Source: Marsupella aquatica
Lineage: Eukaryota > Plantae > Marchantiophyta
Reading direction: 5' to 3'
NCBI GenBank assembly: GCA_973895155.1
Contig: OZ316893.1
Span: 17,490,770 to 17,554,769, forward strand
Length of the DNA: 64,000 bases
The notes below the pieces were generated by a model. It did not search any database and was not told the DNA's origin. It saw only the letters and a list, made by a program, of their open reading frames with translations. The translations under genes were made by a program, and so were the position numbers. Of the stretch, positions 61,987 to 64,000 are shown piece after piece. The stretch's first letter is position 1, and the number at the start of each line of letters is the position of its first letter.

Positions 61987-63810
61987 TGTTCCACCCTTAG
62001 TTAGGATAGGCGACTAAGTCGGGACCGGAAAATGACCCGACACCTGACATCTTATTTTTGGCTGATATTTCTCCCATGGGTGCTGGGAGGTCCCTAGGGA
62101 TCCCTGAAAAAGTATGAAGTCAAGTGGGGTCTCAACCTAGGAGTTGAGTATTTTGACAGAAATTAAAATAACCAACTAGCGGGCCCTGGAGAAAATAGCC
62201 AAGGGGTAAATTTTGTGGGTTCGAGGTTATAATTGAGTTTATTATAGACCATAATATCCCTGGATTGTCTCAGAAATAATTTGTCACCTTTTGTTACTTT
62301 TTGGGAACACCTCAAAGATTGGGAATAGTAATGCACTTTAATAGATATGGTCAAACTTATGTATTTTTAGAAAAGTCGTTATGGAGTGTTTAGAGAGTTT
62401 GATAAATTTAGGAGTGAGTCCTATGTCCAAGTATTCCAGAAATGTGCTCAGAAGTACGTTTGGACATTTGAGTGAATTATGGCATAGCCTTCAAGAGGGG
62501 CCAGTATAACTGTTTCTCCTGAGAGGAAAACGAAATTTTTCTAAGTGTCAAAACGCGTCGACGTGGCTGCGACCAGACTAGCACGAGGTCAGGCAAGCAC
62601 GACATGGGTAGGAATGCACGAGGTGGGCTAATTGAAGGGTTGGTGCTCATCAAAATAGGCCACTCTTGATCTGAATAGGCAGATGTGGGATTGAATTGAG
62701 CTAGCTGTTGCTGAGAAGGACTTGACCCAGTTGCTACTGTGAAATTGAATTGTGAGCTATGGTTGCTGATTGGAATAGGGAGGCTGGCTTTGAATTGGGA
62801 AGGTTGCTTGCTGCTATGGCAGCGGCACAATAGATTAGAGGTGCTGCTATTAATCAGGCATGAGATGCTCACGAGAATTGGCTGGCTGCTGCCTTGATGC
62901 TGCTGAATTGATGGATGTTGCTGCTAGCTGCGAAATTGCAGAGGTGGGCAGCTACAAAATTGAGAAGAGAGACCTGTTTGGCTAAGTGATTGGAATGGAG
63001 CTAGTTGTTGAGAAGGAATCAAGCTATGGCTGCTGCTGCTGTGCTTTGAATCAGCTGCTATGCTTCGAATCTGCTGCTGTGTTGTTGTGCTGCAAGCTGC
63101 GAATTGGTGGGCTATGGCTGCTGCAAAATTCTGCTGCGATTTTGAATCACTTGCAAGGCTGGATGGCTATGGAGGTGGACTGAGAAGGGTGCTGTAGACC
63201 TGGCTGAGCTATCAATTGACCTGCTGTCATTCGATCCAATAGAGAATGTTGCCGTTTCAGATTGAATTCAAGAGAGAGGAAAATGCTGCAAAAATTGGTG
63301 TCCTTATCAATCTTCTTCATAAGAAACGTGAGTATAATGAGAGTACTCTCCCCTCATGACACGTGGAATCCCCATAAGGGGCGTGTAAGGTTCAAGTGTA
63401 ATCTGGTCGCCGCTTACACCCACTTTACACCAAAAACAGGCCTTGGGAGAATGGGCATAACTTTGGCTAGGGGTATCCGTTGGGGCCCAAATGTTTTTGT
63501 GCTGAGTTAGGGGAAGGTAAGGCACTCCTTGGTGAAAGTGGAAACCCAGAAAAATAATCACTCAAATATATTTTTAGCGGAGGCCACGAGGGGGTCCCCA
63601 TAGCTTGCAAACAGGAGTTGGCATGGGGGAAGTAAGACCAGGTTTTTAGGCCGACACTTCTTGCACCCGTGTCACCCAAGTTAGGATACATGGAGAAGAG
63701 AGTGCCTCAGGGTAAAGGTGCAAGGCCGTTAGGGTAAGGAAAGTAAGTTGATAGGTCGGGGTAGTAAGTAAGAACTAGTAAATAAGGAGCCAACTTTGAC
63801 ATGACACAAC
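61987..63810 (+). repeat. LTR-like fragment with low-complexity (GCT)n/GAATTG tract
   Basis: Begins TGTTCCACCC. GCT-rich tract at 62700-63250. No TSD or coding homology recognised. Confidence 0.3.
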
Positions 63811-64000
63811 TTGAGACTCACTCACTCTTTTTGCAAGCTTTCAAGTGGGTTGGGAAGCTGGTGAGGAGGACCATAAGTGAGAGCAGGTTTGGAGGTCAAA
63901 GCATGCAACTCATGTGTGGCATATTCCAGGGCTTGGAAGGAGTCAAGCAATAGGTTGTAGAGTGAGCTACAAACTATAGAGTTGGACTTTGTGTATTAGG

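Overview
Gene-poor, transposon-saturated eukaryotic DNA. It is most likely from a bryophyte-like land plant (inference from the PBS and protein types). No host gene, rRNA, tRNA gene or CRISPR array is supported. Most of the window is a nest of LTR-retrotransposon pieces, many with exact 5-bp target-site duplications (TSDs). The main observation is several families of very long (4.0-4.7 kb) TG...CA units: family A at 7630-12336, 21090-25791, 41328-52863 and <1-955; family B at 2315-6308, 12794-18191 and 43242-49968; family D at 37075-41102. Each holds one 800-1240-codon ORF of the same plant-transposon accessory-protein type, with no gag/pol and no internal direct repeats. One A copy is followed by a tRNA-Asn primer-binding site, so these units look like solo LTRs with a whole gene in U3. 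A covarying two-hairpin RNA motif recurs near the 3' end of four families. Also present: a gag-protease element split by nested insertions, a Ty3/gypsy RT-RNaseH fragment, a decayed ParB-like + N6/N4-DNA-methyltransferase-like gene with hairpin tandem arrays, and a MULE/SWIM transposase in tandem with a Sola-like (DUF7869-type) transposase. Family letters are my own labels.
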